64,000 nt of DNA from Bacteroidales bacterium (GTDB lineage Bacteria; Bacteroidota; Bacteroidia; Bacteroidales; ML635J-15). A model generated the notes under the pieces. That model saw nothing but the letters and a program-made list of their open reading frames with translations, did no database searches and was not told the DNA's origin. The DNA lies in assembly GCA_003249955.1 (NCBI GenBank), contig QKHS01000085.1, positions 1,212 through 65,211 on the forward strand, in the 5' to 3' direction. Below are positions 38,900 to 47,948 of the stretch, piece by piece (the first letter of the stretch is position 1; each line of letters starts with the position of its first letter). The translations under genes were made by a program, and so were the position numbers.

Positions 38900-41800
38900 T
38901 TATCTTTTAATGGTTACGTTTCCTGTCAGAGGTTTTAAATCTTCCTGCAGCCTGATAGTGTACCAATAAGTATCACTGGGTAACTGGGACCCCATATAAT
39001 TACCGTCCCAGCCAAATTCACTTCCCGAAAACTGATATAACTTTTTCCCGAATCTGTCAAAAATTTCTACTTCAGCATCTGGGTAGTGATATAATCCTGA
39101 AATTACCCAGTAATCATTGTAGCCGTCACCGTTAGGGGTAAAGAAAGACGGGACATTTATTGACTGATCGAGGAATGTTTCGATAGTTACGATGCAGTAA
39201 TTTTTATCCATAACCCAGACGGTATAAGTGTCTGATTCCAGACCCTGAAAAACATTTGACTGCAACCATGTGTCTCCGTCATATGAATATTGCAGCGGAG
39301 GTGTTCCTCCGGTAGCATTGATTGTAATATTGCCTCCTCCCGAATGTACCGAAACAATTGATGGTCCTTCGACAAAGGAGATATGTAATGATGAACTTGC
39401 AGAACAGCCGATGTTATCAGAAACAGTAAGACTGTAAAATCCGGCCTGGCTCACAGAAAGAGAAGATGCGTGGCTGCCGTTGTTCCATATGTAATGAAGG
39501 TATTCGCTTTCGGGTTTGAGAATATGAATATCTCCGCTACACAAGACTGTGTCGTAACCTATAAATGGCGTGGGGATAATATTTACAGTAACCAATATCG
39601 TGTCTGAGTCTTTACATGAAAATTCGTTACTTACAGTTACGGAATATATTCCAGACTCGGTTACTGTAACGGAATCTTCTGTACTTCCGTTGCTCCAGAT
39701 GTACGAATCAAAACTGTTGTCGTTATCTTTTATTATTCTGCTTTCGCCGTCACAGAAAGCAATATCGGGTCCAAGGTTGACAATTGGTTTGGGGTAAATT
39801 CCCAAATTGATAGTGTCTGAAACTATACAACCGGCAATATTACTTACTTCAATCCAATATGTATCTGAAGCAGAAACCGTAATTGTTTGTGCATGACTAC
39901 CCGTACTCCATGTATAAGAATTTCCTGTTCCGGAATCATGCGGGTCTAATATTACAGAATTATTTGTACAATAAGTTGTGTCCTCATCCAGACTTATTAC
40001 AGGAGGATCCATTGTTGATATTAAAACGGTGTCCGAAGTCTGGCATCCGTTAACATCGGTAACTGTTACCATAACAATGCCACCTGTGTTTTCCCAGTAA
40101 CTTTGTGTTGTGACCCCGTTGCTCCATAAGTATTCTTCAAAATCTCCCGTTACAACCAACTCGGTACTGTCACCGGTACATATAAGTTTGTCGCTTATAG
40201 GAGTTATTACAGGTTTCGGATAGTGGCTGATTACTATGGAGTCATAATAGTTACATCCTGTAACTGAATTTGATGCTTCAACCCAAAATAAATCCTGTGC
40301 ACCTGTTATTAATTCCTGACCGGTACTTCCATCTGACCATTCGACAACAGAAAATCCGGGAAGAGGGGTTAGTGTAGTTTCAGAACCGGCACATATTTCT
40401 ATAGCATCTGTCTCAAACAGCGGTACGGCAGGTAACTTTGTTACGTGGGCGGTTGCTGTTGATGAGCATCCTGATGTTATGTCTGTTACGGTAACAGAAT
40501 AATCTCCGGCTTCAAAGACATTAATTGTTTGCTGTTGATTTTCAGGTGGAGTTCCAAAATCCCATGAATAATTATAATTTCCGGCACCTGCATCCAGTGT
40601 TGTTGTGTCGAACGGGCATGCATTAATGAATGAAGGTAAATTAATTTCCGGTCCGGTAGGGGCGGTTAATTCTATTGATGTTTCAATAAAACAGGTGTTT
40701 GCATCGGTAACAGTTACGCTCATTGTCCCGGGACTTAAACTGCAGACATCTTCATCAGTTTGTCCGTCAGACCATTCAAATGTAAATGGCGGAGTCCCTC
40801 CAGATACAGTAATGTCAATACACATATCATTCGGGTCGCAATCGTGACTGCTGATGACAATGTCCCCAAAACTGAAAAATCTGTCATATTTAACAATCAT
40901 AATGTCTTCTGCTCCTTGCGAAGTGTAGGATTCTGAGCCGAAATCTATTCCGTCGTTGTAGAAGCCACCTATAAAAATATTGTTATCGGCATCAAGACAT
41001 ATGCTGTTTCCGCAGTCAGAAAGGCTGCTTCCGGCAGTATAGTTAAATTTGAAGCTGCCATCGGCATAGAACTTAGTGAAAAAATAATCTCCTTCGCCGG
41101 CTGAAGTTACATCTCCTTCGCCCAGATCTGATGTTCCTGAGAACATTCCGGTAACATAAATATTCTGAGAATTATCGGTGACAATTGATTTAGGTGTAAT
41201 TAGCCCGTTGCCGCCAAATCCGGTGTTAAGCAATTCTGTTCCGGACGGAGAATATTTTTCTATTCTTGCTATATTCCCGGGAATATCTTTTTTATAATAT
41301 AAATATACATTTCCCGAATTGTCGGTAGCAACATCACCTGCTATGTCGTTATTCCCGGATGTGCCGGATTGTTTTGCCCATTGAAAAATTCCGGCTGAAT
41401 TGTATTTTGCAAGGAAGACGTCATTTGCTCCGGTTGTAGTAATATCTGAAGAAGGAAAGTTCATAACGCCTGCAAATTCGCCGGTTACAAAAATATTTCC
41501 TGATTGATCACAAGCAATACTTACTCCCGAATCATCATACGTAGAACCATCGCACTTGCCCCAAAAAAAAGCGGTTAAAGTATTATCGTATTTTGCAACA
41601 AAAAAATCGTTGTTTGTACCATGTCCGAATAATACATCCGCCCCTATTATTCCGGGATAAAAATATTGATAAAATGTTCCGGTAATAAATATATTATTGT
41701 CGTTATCTATAGCAATATCACCGGGTAAATCATTGTTGTTACCGCCTGGGATAACAGGAGAACTAACAATATTTCCCTCAGCAGAAGAAAGTTTGAGTAG

Positions 41801-42250
41801 AAAAATATCTTTAGAGCCTAAAGGGGAAAAAGTATAATCCTCAAATGAAAATTCTCCCCCAAAGGAACCAATTACAAAAATATCATTGTTACTATCAACA
41901 GCCACACTTTTCCCATAATCATCACCATCACCACCACCGTTTTTTAGCCAGATGATATCTCCGTTGGTGTCAAGTTTAGCAATAAAAAAATCCATCCCTC
42001 CGGCAGAAGTTACAACTTCTCCCTGAAAATTCATTTCTCCTGTAAAATATCCTGTGATAATAATATTTCCGTCATGATCTGTGACTATGCCGTTTACGCC
42101 ATCGCTGTCGATGCTTCCGGCAGTTCTTACCCATGCCAGGTTAACAATGTCAGAGCAGTCAACAGGTTCATCTCTGTATGGATTCTGAGCCGAAAGCGGG
42201 AACTGAATCAGAAAACCGAAAACAAACAATATGGAAAAAATATGCTTCAT
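38900..42250 (-). CDS. T9SS type B C-terminal-domain adhesin-like protein (SBBP beta-propeller repeats, SprB repeat, Ig-like modules)
   Basis: Start trimmed to the ATG at 42250 (MKHIFSILFVFGFLIQFPLSAQ). Repeated D-x-x-G/N-I-[FY]-[IV]-TG propeller blocks. The C-terminus VPSFFTPNGDGYNDYWVI...FDRFGKKLY is a CHU_C/type B sorting domain. Confidence 0.9.
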   Translation of the reverse strand: MKHIFSILFVFGFLIQFPLSAQNPYRDEPVDCSDIVNLAWVRTAGSIDSDGVNGIVTDHDGNIIITGYFTGEMNFQGEVVTSAGGMDFFIAKLDTNGDIIWLKNGGGDGDDYGKSVAVDSNNDIFVIGSFGGEFSFEDYTFSPLGSKDIFLLKLSSAEGNIVSSPVIPGGNNNDLPGDIAIDNDNNIFITGTFYQYFYPGIIGADVLFGHGTNNDFFVAKYDNTLTAFFWGKCDGSTYDDSGVSIACDQSGNIFVTGEFAGVMNFPSSDITTTGANDVFLAKYNSAGIFQWAKQSGTSGNNDIAGDVATDNSGNVYLYYKKDIPGNIARIEKYSPSGTELLNTGFGGNGLITPKSIVTDNSQNIYVTGMFSGTSDLGEGDVTSAGEGDYFFTKFYADGSFKFNYTAGSSLSDCGNSICLDADNNIFIGGFYNDGIDFGSESYTSQGAEDIMIVKYDRFFSFGDIVISSHDCDPNDMCIDITVSGGTPPFTFEWSDGQTDEDVCSLSPGTMSVTVTDANTCFIETSIELTAPTGPEINLPSFINACPFDTTTLDAGAGNYNYSWDFGTPPENQQQTINVFEAGDYSVTVTDITSGCSSTATAHVTKLPAVPLFETDAIEICAGSETTLTPLPGFSVVEWSDGSTGQELITGAQDLFWVEASNSVTGCNYYDSIVISHYPKPVITPISDKLICTGDSTELVVTGDFEEYLWSNGVTTQSYWENTGGIVMVTVTDVNGCQTSDTVLISTMDPPVISLDEDTTYCTNNSVILDPHDSGTGNSYTWSTGSHAQTITVSASDTYWIEVSNIAGCIVSDTINLGIYPKPIVNLGPDIAFCDGESRIIKDNDNSFDSYIWSNGSTEDSVTVTESGIYSVTVSNEFSCKDSDTILVTVNIIPTPFIGYDTVLCSGDIHILKPESEYLHYIWNNGSHASSLSVSQAGFYSLTVSDNIGCSASSSLHISFVEGPSIVSVHSGGGNITINATGGTPPLQYSYDGDTWLQSNVFQGLESDTYTVWVMDKNYCIVTIETFLDQSINVPSFFTPNGDGYNDYWVISGLYHYPDAEVEIFDRFGKKLYQFSGSEFGWDGNYMGSQLPSDTYWYTIRLQEDLKPLTGNVTIKR

Positions 42251-42251
42251 C

Positions 42252-43271
42252 TTAAAAGTCTTCTGTAAATATAGGAGTTTTGTTTTTGCCCCAGTTAACA
42301 TATTGATCCGGGAATAACTTTATCCCGACACAGATTTGATGAGTTCCGCTGTGATACAATTGTAAACTGGTAAGGCCAAGATCATACAGATACATAAAAG
42401 TAAATGCTTTTACCGAAAAACCTACTGCCGGTGAAAAAGACAGTGCAGATGAGTGTTTCCAGTCAAGGGTTTGCCTGTATGAAGCTCCGAACCATACTTC
42501 GTTAGGGAATCGCAGGTAAATGGAATTTATTTCTTTGCCTCCCATAATGTGTAGTTTTACATTCACATCAAGCTGGCTTAAGCCGTTGAAATTTGTTTTA
42601 ACCATAGCAGAAGGCCTCAACTGCATTTTTCGTTTTAACTGTATAATGTGACCGGTGTGTACATTCATTAAAACGTGGTTAATGGGTTCTGCTGTTATTT
42701 CATACATGCGGTCCGTCCATGGAATAAGGTTGTCAAACGATGCCCCGATAAATGACTGATTGTATGAAAGTATAACCCCGGCGTTTGCATTGGGAACAAA
42801 TGTAGATAATCTTGAATAAGTAACTATAGGGTCATATATGTCTTTATCAAACCCGGTTTCATCAAGCACGTGAACCAATCCTCTGAAAGACATGCCGAAC
42901 GATAGTATGGCTCTGTCATATCTTGTACTTTTTAACAAAGCCTGAAAAGACCATGTAAATTGTGCTCCGTATTTTGAATTGGGACCGTTATGATCGGAGA
43001 AAATATAACCACCGATACCACCACTTCTTCCTTTAAGCCGGTGTTTAAAAAGCAGAAATGAAGTGTTGGGAGCATTGTCAACTCCGATCCATTGTTCGCG
43101 ATGGATCATTTTTACGGATGTAACCTCTGAAAGTCCGGCAAAAGAAGGATTTACGAGCATATAATCAAACATATACTGCTCGTGAACAGGCAAGTCCTGT
43201 CCCCTTAACCCGGAGACTGTGATAATACCTAAAAATAAAGTTATCCAAAAATGCTTAAACATCTTCAACAA
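42252..43271 (-). CDS. PorP/SprF family type IX secretion system membrane protein
   Basis: 339 aa with signal peptide. N-terminal block QYMFDYMLVNPSFAG...MIHREQWIGVDNAPNT is typical of PorP/SprF. The stop lies 1 nt before the start of the type B cargo gene. Confidence 0.85.
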   Translation of the reverse strand: MLKMFKHFWITLFLGIITVSGLRGQDLPVHEQYMFDYMLVNPSFAGLSEVTSVKMIHREQWIGVDNAPNTSFLLFKHRLKGRSGGIGGYIFSDHNGPNSKYGAQFTWSFQALLKSTRYDRAILSFGMSFRGLVHVLDETGFDKDIYDPIVTYSRLSTFVPNANAGVILSYNQSFIGASFDNLIPWTDRMYEITAEPINHVLMNVHTGHIIQLKRKMQLRPSAMVKTNFNGLSQLDVNVKLHIMGGKEINSIYLRFPNEVWFGASYRQTLDWKHSSALSFSPAVGFSVKAFTFMYLYDLGLTSLQLYHSGTHQICVGIKLFPDQYVNWGKNKTPIFTEDF

Positions 43272-43283
43272 ATATAGTAGAAT

Positions 43284-43967
43284 TTATTTTAATAAATAAT
43301 TTCTGTTGCCAAAAATAATACTTCCTACTCTTATCATTGTACTTCCTTCTTCTATAGCGATATTCCAATCACTGCTCATGCCCATGCTTAATTCGGAAAA
43401 GTATGTATTTTGGGAAAAATATGTTTGTTTTAATTTATTATATATTCTTCTTAATTCGCTGAATTCTGCTCTTATTAGTGATTCGTCATCACTAAATGAT
43501 GCCATACCCATAACTCCGCATATTCTTATGTTTGACATTCCTTTAAACTGAACAGAACTCAGCATTTCTTCAGCTTCGCTTAAGTCAAGTCCGAACTTGC
43601 TCTCTTCTGTTGCAATATGGAACTGTAATAAGCAATCAGTTACACGTGAATTTTTTTCCGAATGTTTATTGATTTCTTCCAGAAGTTTAAGGCTGTCAAC
43701 ACTGTGTATCATTTCAACAAAAGACGCAATATATTTAACCTTATTTGTCTGGAGATGTCCGATTAAATGCCATTTTATATCAAGATCTTTTAATTCTTCA
43801 TATTTTGAAACCAGTTCCTGCACTTTATTTTCTCCGAAAATTCTTTGACCGGCAAGATATGCTTCTTTTACAGCTTCTGCCGGATGAGTTTTGGACACGG
43901 CAACGAGTTTTACATTATCTGGTAATTTCTTTTTTATCAATGATATGTTTCCGGCAATTTTGCTCAT
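43284..43967 (-). CDS. yggS: YggS family pyridoxal-phosphate homeostasis protein
   Basis: 227 aa. LVAVSKTHP (PLP lysine), FGENKVQE and HLIGHLQTNKVKY blocks. Confidence 0.9.
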   Translation of the reverse strand: MSKIAGNISLIKKKLPDNVKLVAVSKTHPAEAVKEAYLAGQRIFGENKVQELVSKYEELKDLDIKWHLIGHLQTNKVKYIASFVEMIHSVDSLKLLEEINKHSEKNSRVTDCLLQFHIATEESKFGLDLSEAEEMLSSVQFKGMSNIRICGVMGMASFSDDESLIRAEFSELRRIYNKLKQTYFSQNTYFSELSMGMSSDWNIAIEEGSTMIRVGSIIFGNRNYLLK

Positions 43968-44021
43968 AGTCTTTAATTCTCGTATTAATAACCAAATCTG
44001 GTCTGTCTGTAAAAAGGCTTT

Positions 44022-44714
44022 TTATTTTTTACCCATGATTGCAGCAACAGACAGCAGAACTCCCAGTACGACTCCCAATAAAGCTGCAAATAAAATCTGC
44101 CATTGCTCCGGTAAACAAAAAGTTATTGTATGTGCAGGTATCCAGAAAAAAGGTATTGTTTTTTTGAAAACAAATCCCCATTGTACTTCCCAGTTTAATG
44201 ACGGAAAAATTTCTTTAAACTTAATTGGCCTTAAAAAACCTTTTAAAGTTCCTCCGTTGTTAAGAATGTGAGTGTCGGTAATTTTATGTAATGTCATAAA
44301 TACCGGGGCAAATATTGTGTTCATTGCCGTGCTTATGCAAAATGCCACAAATACTTTTGCCCAGCTAAGATCGCCTTTTAATGCTTCTGCCGCATTGTCC
44401 ATTCCCATGTAAATAAGGAATGCCGGAGTTCCTTTTGCAAAAATGACAAAAGACATTTTTATTCCAAGCCCGAGGAATCCCCAAACGATAGCGCGCGGGA
44501 TAAGTCCAAAACCTTTTTGATTATAAACACCGTTTTTAATTCTCAGACCTATTGATTCACCAAGAGTTGCCAGAATTGCAAATTTGATGAAACTCATAAT
44601 CATCCCGTGGTCGTTGTTGAAGGTAGTGTAGAAGTTATAAACTCCTTCAAAAATAAAAAACGGGGAGAAAAATATAATTACTCCAATTATAAATAACAAA
44701 TCGGCTTTTTTCAT
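44022..44714 (-). CDS. hypothetical polytopic membrane protein
   Basis: Track ORF trimmed to the ATG at 44714 (MKKADLLFIIGVIIFFSPFF). About 6 hydrophobic segments. No family recognised. Confidence 0.55.
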   Translation of the reverse strand: MKKADLLFIIGVIIFFSPFFIFEGVYNFYTTFNNDHGMIMSFIKFAILATLGESIGLRIKNGVYNQKGFGLIPRAIVWGFLGLGIKMSFVIFAKGTPAFLIYMGMDNAAEALKGDLSWAKVFVAFCISTAMNTIFAPVFMTLHKITDTHILNNGGTLKGFLRPIKFKEIFPSLNWEVQWGFVFKKTIPFFWIPAHTITFCLPEQWQILFAALLGVVLGVLLSVAAIMGKK

Positions 44715-44727
44715 AATCTGGTTTGTT

Positions 44728-44886
44728 TTATTTTGTTTGTTCGTTATTATTTCCGCTATAGTAATGAATAACTTTTTTTGCACCTGTACTTATTCTTTCC
44801 CATGAAAAAATTACCAAAACAAGTGAAATGACAAGCATTACAATCAGCAACTTTTCATTTTTGCTGAAATCTTTTAGTTTTTTCAT
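44728..44886 (-). CDS. possible 52-aa single-pass membrane peptide
   Basis: Hand-translated as MKKLKDFSKNEKLLIVMLVISLVLVIFSWERISTGAKKVIHYYSGNNNEQTK. The ATG lies 3 nt after the upstream stop, and the stop lies 13 nt before the next ATG. Too short for the 60-aa ORF track. Confidence 0.35.
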   Translation of the reverse strand: MKKLKDFSKNEKLLIVMLVISLVLVIFSWERISTGAKKVIHYYSGNNNEQTK

Positions 44887-44889
44887 TAT

Positions 44890-46947
44890 TTATTTTTCAA
44901 TTCTTATTCTTGCGTCAACAGCTTTTACATATTTCATATTACCGAGAAGCGGGTTTAAGTCCATTTCAAAAATTTCCGGTGCAGCTTCAATTAGCGCAGA
45001 TATTCTTTGTATCTGGTCTGCAAAAACTTCCTGATTAACACCTTCCTGGCCTCTCACACCTTCGATAATTTTGTATGATTTAAGATTTTTGATCATGTAT
45101 TTTGCTTCGTCGGCAGAAACCGGAGATATTGAAGTTTTTACATCGTGTAAAACTTCGATAAAGATACCGCCTAACCCGGCCAAAACCATATGCCCGAATT
45201 TGTCTTCGCGTTTTGCACCTATAAATACTTCTGTTCCTTTGAGCATTTCGCCCATAAGTACAGCATAGGTATCTTTAATTTTAATAAGTCTGTCAAATTC
45301 ACGTACAACGGTTTCTTCATCCTTAACATTTAACACAACTCCGCCAACATCTGATTTGTGAACAGGCCCTACAACTTTCATAACCAGCGGGAATCCGAAC
45401 TTGCGGGCAAACGCCAGAGCATCTTCAACATTGTCAACAACCTGTTCAAATGCACGGTCTATTCCTGCAGCATCGAGTAACTCAAAAACTCCTGCCGGGT
45501 TCAGATATCCGTCAGCAGCATTATCAATAACTTTTCGTATCCGGGCAATATCAACAGCCGGCAACTCTATTTTCTCTGCCTGTGGGGCAGAAGTGTTTAT
45601 AACTTTACATAAAGCATTACCAAATGTTACTTCGTCAGGGAAATTTATTCTGCCCTTTTTTATGAAATGTTCAATTTCGTCCTTAACGTTAATTACAGAA
45701 GGAAGAATCGGGTATATAGGTTTTTTGCAGGATTTCATTTTTTCGTCCAGCAAATCGTAAACATCATAAACAGGGAATAATCCCGGGCTTCCGAAAATTA
45801 CAGCCATAGCATCTATGTTGTCAAAGTCATTTTCGCAGGCATCAATAATATAACCTAGTTGTTCTGCTGTTCCTGTTGCCAAAAAATCTATAGGGTTAGC
45901 CACAGAACTGCCTCCGTACAATTTTTCCAGCAGAAGGTTTGCTTTTTCGCCTTCAATATGAGGAATGTTAAGGCCTCCGTTGCTTAAAGAATCGGTAAGC
46001 ATAACAGCAGGGCCTCCGGCGTGGGTTATAATCGCAATATTTTTACCTTTTGGTGACGGATGCATAAAAACAGAAGCGACAGTGGCAAGCTCGTCACGTC
46101 CGTTACATCTTACAATCCCTGCTTTTCTGAAAAGAGCGTCAACAGCAACATCAGGGCTTGCCAATGCTCCGGTATGGGAAGAAGCTGCACGGCTTCCTGC
46201 TTCTGATCCTCCTGATTTTATAGCAGCAATTTTAGCTCCTTTACGTATAAGCGAAGAGGCATGACGATAAAGCATTTCGGGTTTGTCAATATTTTCAATA
46301 TAAAGTAATTTTACCGGAGCTGATTTTCCGTGAACATAAGTTTCGTCAAGGTGTTTAAGAATTTCTTCGACTCCGATTTGTGCAGAATTACCTACGGAAT
46401 AAACACTTGAAAACCGTAATCCTTTAGGTACAGCCGATTCCATTATAAATACAGCAGTTGCTCCTGATCCTGAAATAAAGTCAATACCCATTGAGTCAAG
46501 CTGAGGGATAGGAGTGGTGAATATTCCGCTATATGTCTGATTAAGCAAGCCAACACAATTAGGACCTATAAGGCTGGCACCGGCATCGTTGAGAACCTTT
46601 ACCAGTTTTGCCTCTAATTCGGCACCTTCGTGGTTTTCTTCACTGAACCCTGCAGACAAAATTATAAAACCTCCGGTTGCTTTTTCAGCAGTAAGTACTT
46701 CAACTGCCTGCAAACAAAATTTTGCAGCAATAGCAAGTATTGCACAATCTACCTGTGGCAGATCTTCAACTGTACGGAAACTTTTTATTCCCTGTACTTC
46801 ATCCATTTTAGGATTTACAACATACAGGTTTCCTGCGAAATTACTGTCTATAAGGTTTTTTAAAACTTTTCCGCCCGGCTTTTGTACGTCGTCCGAACCT
46901 CCTACTACAACTACACTTTTTGGATTTAGTAACTTGTCGTTTATCAT
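44890..46947 (-). CDS. ADP-forming acetyl-CoA synthetase family protein (CoA-binding + succinyl-CoA-ligase-like + ATP-grasp domains)
   Basis: NPKSVVVVGGSDDVQKPGGKV (CoA-binding), the GPNCVGL block, and the C-terminal ATP-grasp block PLVMKVVGPVHKSDVGGV. The ATG at 46947 is preferred over the GTG at 46983 used by the track. Confidence 0.85.
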   Translation of the reverse strand: MINDKLLNPKSVVVVGGSDDVQKPGGKVLKNLIDSNFAGNLYVVNPKMDEVQGIKSFRTVEDLPQVDCAILAIAAKFCLQAVEVLTAEKATGGFIILSAGFSEENHEGAELEAKLVKVLNDAGASLIGPNCVGLLNQTYSGIFTTPIPQLDSMGIDFISGSGATAVFIMESAVPKGLRFSSVYSVGNSAQIGVEEILKHLDETYVHGKSAPVKLLYIENIDKPEMLYRHASSLIRKGAKIAAIKSGGSEAGSRAASSHTGALASPDVAVDALFRKAGIVRCNGRDELATVASVFMHPSPKGKNIAIITHAGGPAVMLTDSLSNGGLNIPHIEGEKANLLLEKLYGGSSVANPIDFLATGTAEQLGYIIDACENDFDNIDAMAVIFGSPGLFPVYDVYDLLDEKMKSCKKPIYPILPSVINVKDEIEHFIKKGRINFPDEVTFGNALCKVINTSAPQAEKIELPAVDIARIRKVIDNAADGYLNPAGVFELLDAAGIDRAFEQVVDNVEDALAFARKFGFPLVMKVVGPVHKSDVGGVVLNVKDEETVVREFDRLIKIKDTYAVLMGEMLKGTEVFIGAKREDKFGHMVLAGLGGIFIEVLHDVKTSISPVSADEAKYMIKNLKSYKIIEGVRGQEGVNQEVFADQIQRISALIEAAPEIFEMDLNPLLGNMKYVKAVDARIRIEK

Positions 46948-47120
46948 AATGCTTTGTTTTTCTTTTCTTTGTTTTTCTTTCACCGCAAAGTTAAAATTAT
47001 ATTTTTAGCATAAAAATTTTGTTAAACATTTTTTAACCCATATCGCCCAACGCCGTTTTGCGTAAAAAATACGGTTTTCTGAAATGTTTTTTTAATAATT
47101 GCCGGCATTTTAAAAACAAC

Positions 47121-47128
47121 TATCTTTG
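47121..47128 (+). promoter_or_regulatory. -7 box TAnnTTTG
   Basis: TATCTTTG, 26 nt upstream of the ATG at 47154. The palindromic TGCCGGCA lies 13 nt further upstream. Confidence 0.5.
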
Positions 47129-47153
47129 CATCATAAACCAATGAAAAAAACAT

Positions 47154-47891
47154 ATGAAAAAAACTGTTTTAAATTTATTAGGTCTTGCTGTTTTTGCAGT
47201 GGCCGTTATATCTTGTGGGAACAATGAACGTAAAGTTAATTCAGACGGAGTTGACAGTGATAAAATTAAGGTAGAGTCGGCAATTCTTGATGAATACGGA
47301 AAGTTGATGCCAGGATGTAAAAATTTAGTAAAAGTTTCTGTAGAAGGTATTGATATTGCCGATGCACTGGTGTATATTGATGAAGATGCCGGTGATGCTT
47401 TTATTGAAGAAGCAGGTGTTTATCTGGCTCCTTATGAAGCAGGTAAGAGCATTAATATGATAGTAAGCTTTGATGACAAAGGAGGTAAAAAAGAATTTGA
47501 GGTAGCAGATAAATTGCCGGAACCACAACTTCGTTTTTTTAATGCAGAGACCAATGAAATACTTGATTATGAAATTGAAAATATTTCAACTGTTGTTGTA
47601 GAACTTGTTGCTGATGATAAGTTCGGAGAATTGTTCCCGGAAGATTCCGAATACAGGATTATCTCGTTTGATGCAGTTTTAATGCGCGCAGAAGATGAGA
47701 TTAAAAATATTTCGGTTAAAGAAAACTATGAACTGAATCAGATTAATATTTCGACATTGCAGGATGTTGCTAAAGCAGGTGATTATATTGTAATTAATCT
47801 TTGGTCAATTCAGCGTAAAAATTACGAAGCTAACTGGATTGATGTTGATGTGCCAGAAAAATTAAAAGAAGTCACTCTTAAACTAAAATAA
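47154..47891 (+). CDS. hypothetical lipoprotein
   Basis: 245 aa with lipobox (AVISC) and acidic composition. No family recognised. Confidence 0.6.
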   Translation: MKKTVLNLLGLAVFAVAVISCGNNERKVNSDGVDSDKIKVESAILDEYGKLMPGCKNLVKVSVEGIDIADALVYIDEDAGDAFIEEAGVYLAPYEAGKSINMIVSFDDKGGKKEFEVADKLPEPQLRFFNAETNEILDYEIENISTVVVELVADDKFGELFPEDSEYRIISFDAVLMRAEDEIKNISVKENYELNQINISTLQDVAKAGDYIVINLWSIQRKNYEANWIDVDVPEKLKEVTLKLK

Positions 47892-47904
47892 GATATGTCA
47901 GAAA

Positions 47905-47935
47905 CAAAAAAAGCAGCGGTAAGCTGCTTTTTTTG
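47905..47935. terminator. bidirectional rho-independent terminator
   Basis: A-run / AAGCAGC-GGTAA-GCTGCTT / T-run. Lies between the stops at 47891 (+) and 47949 (-). Confidence 0.75.
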
Positions 47936-47948
47936 TTTCTCAGTGTTT

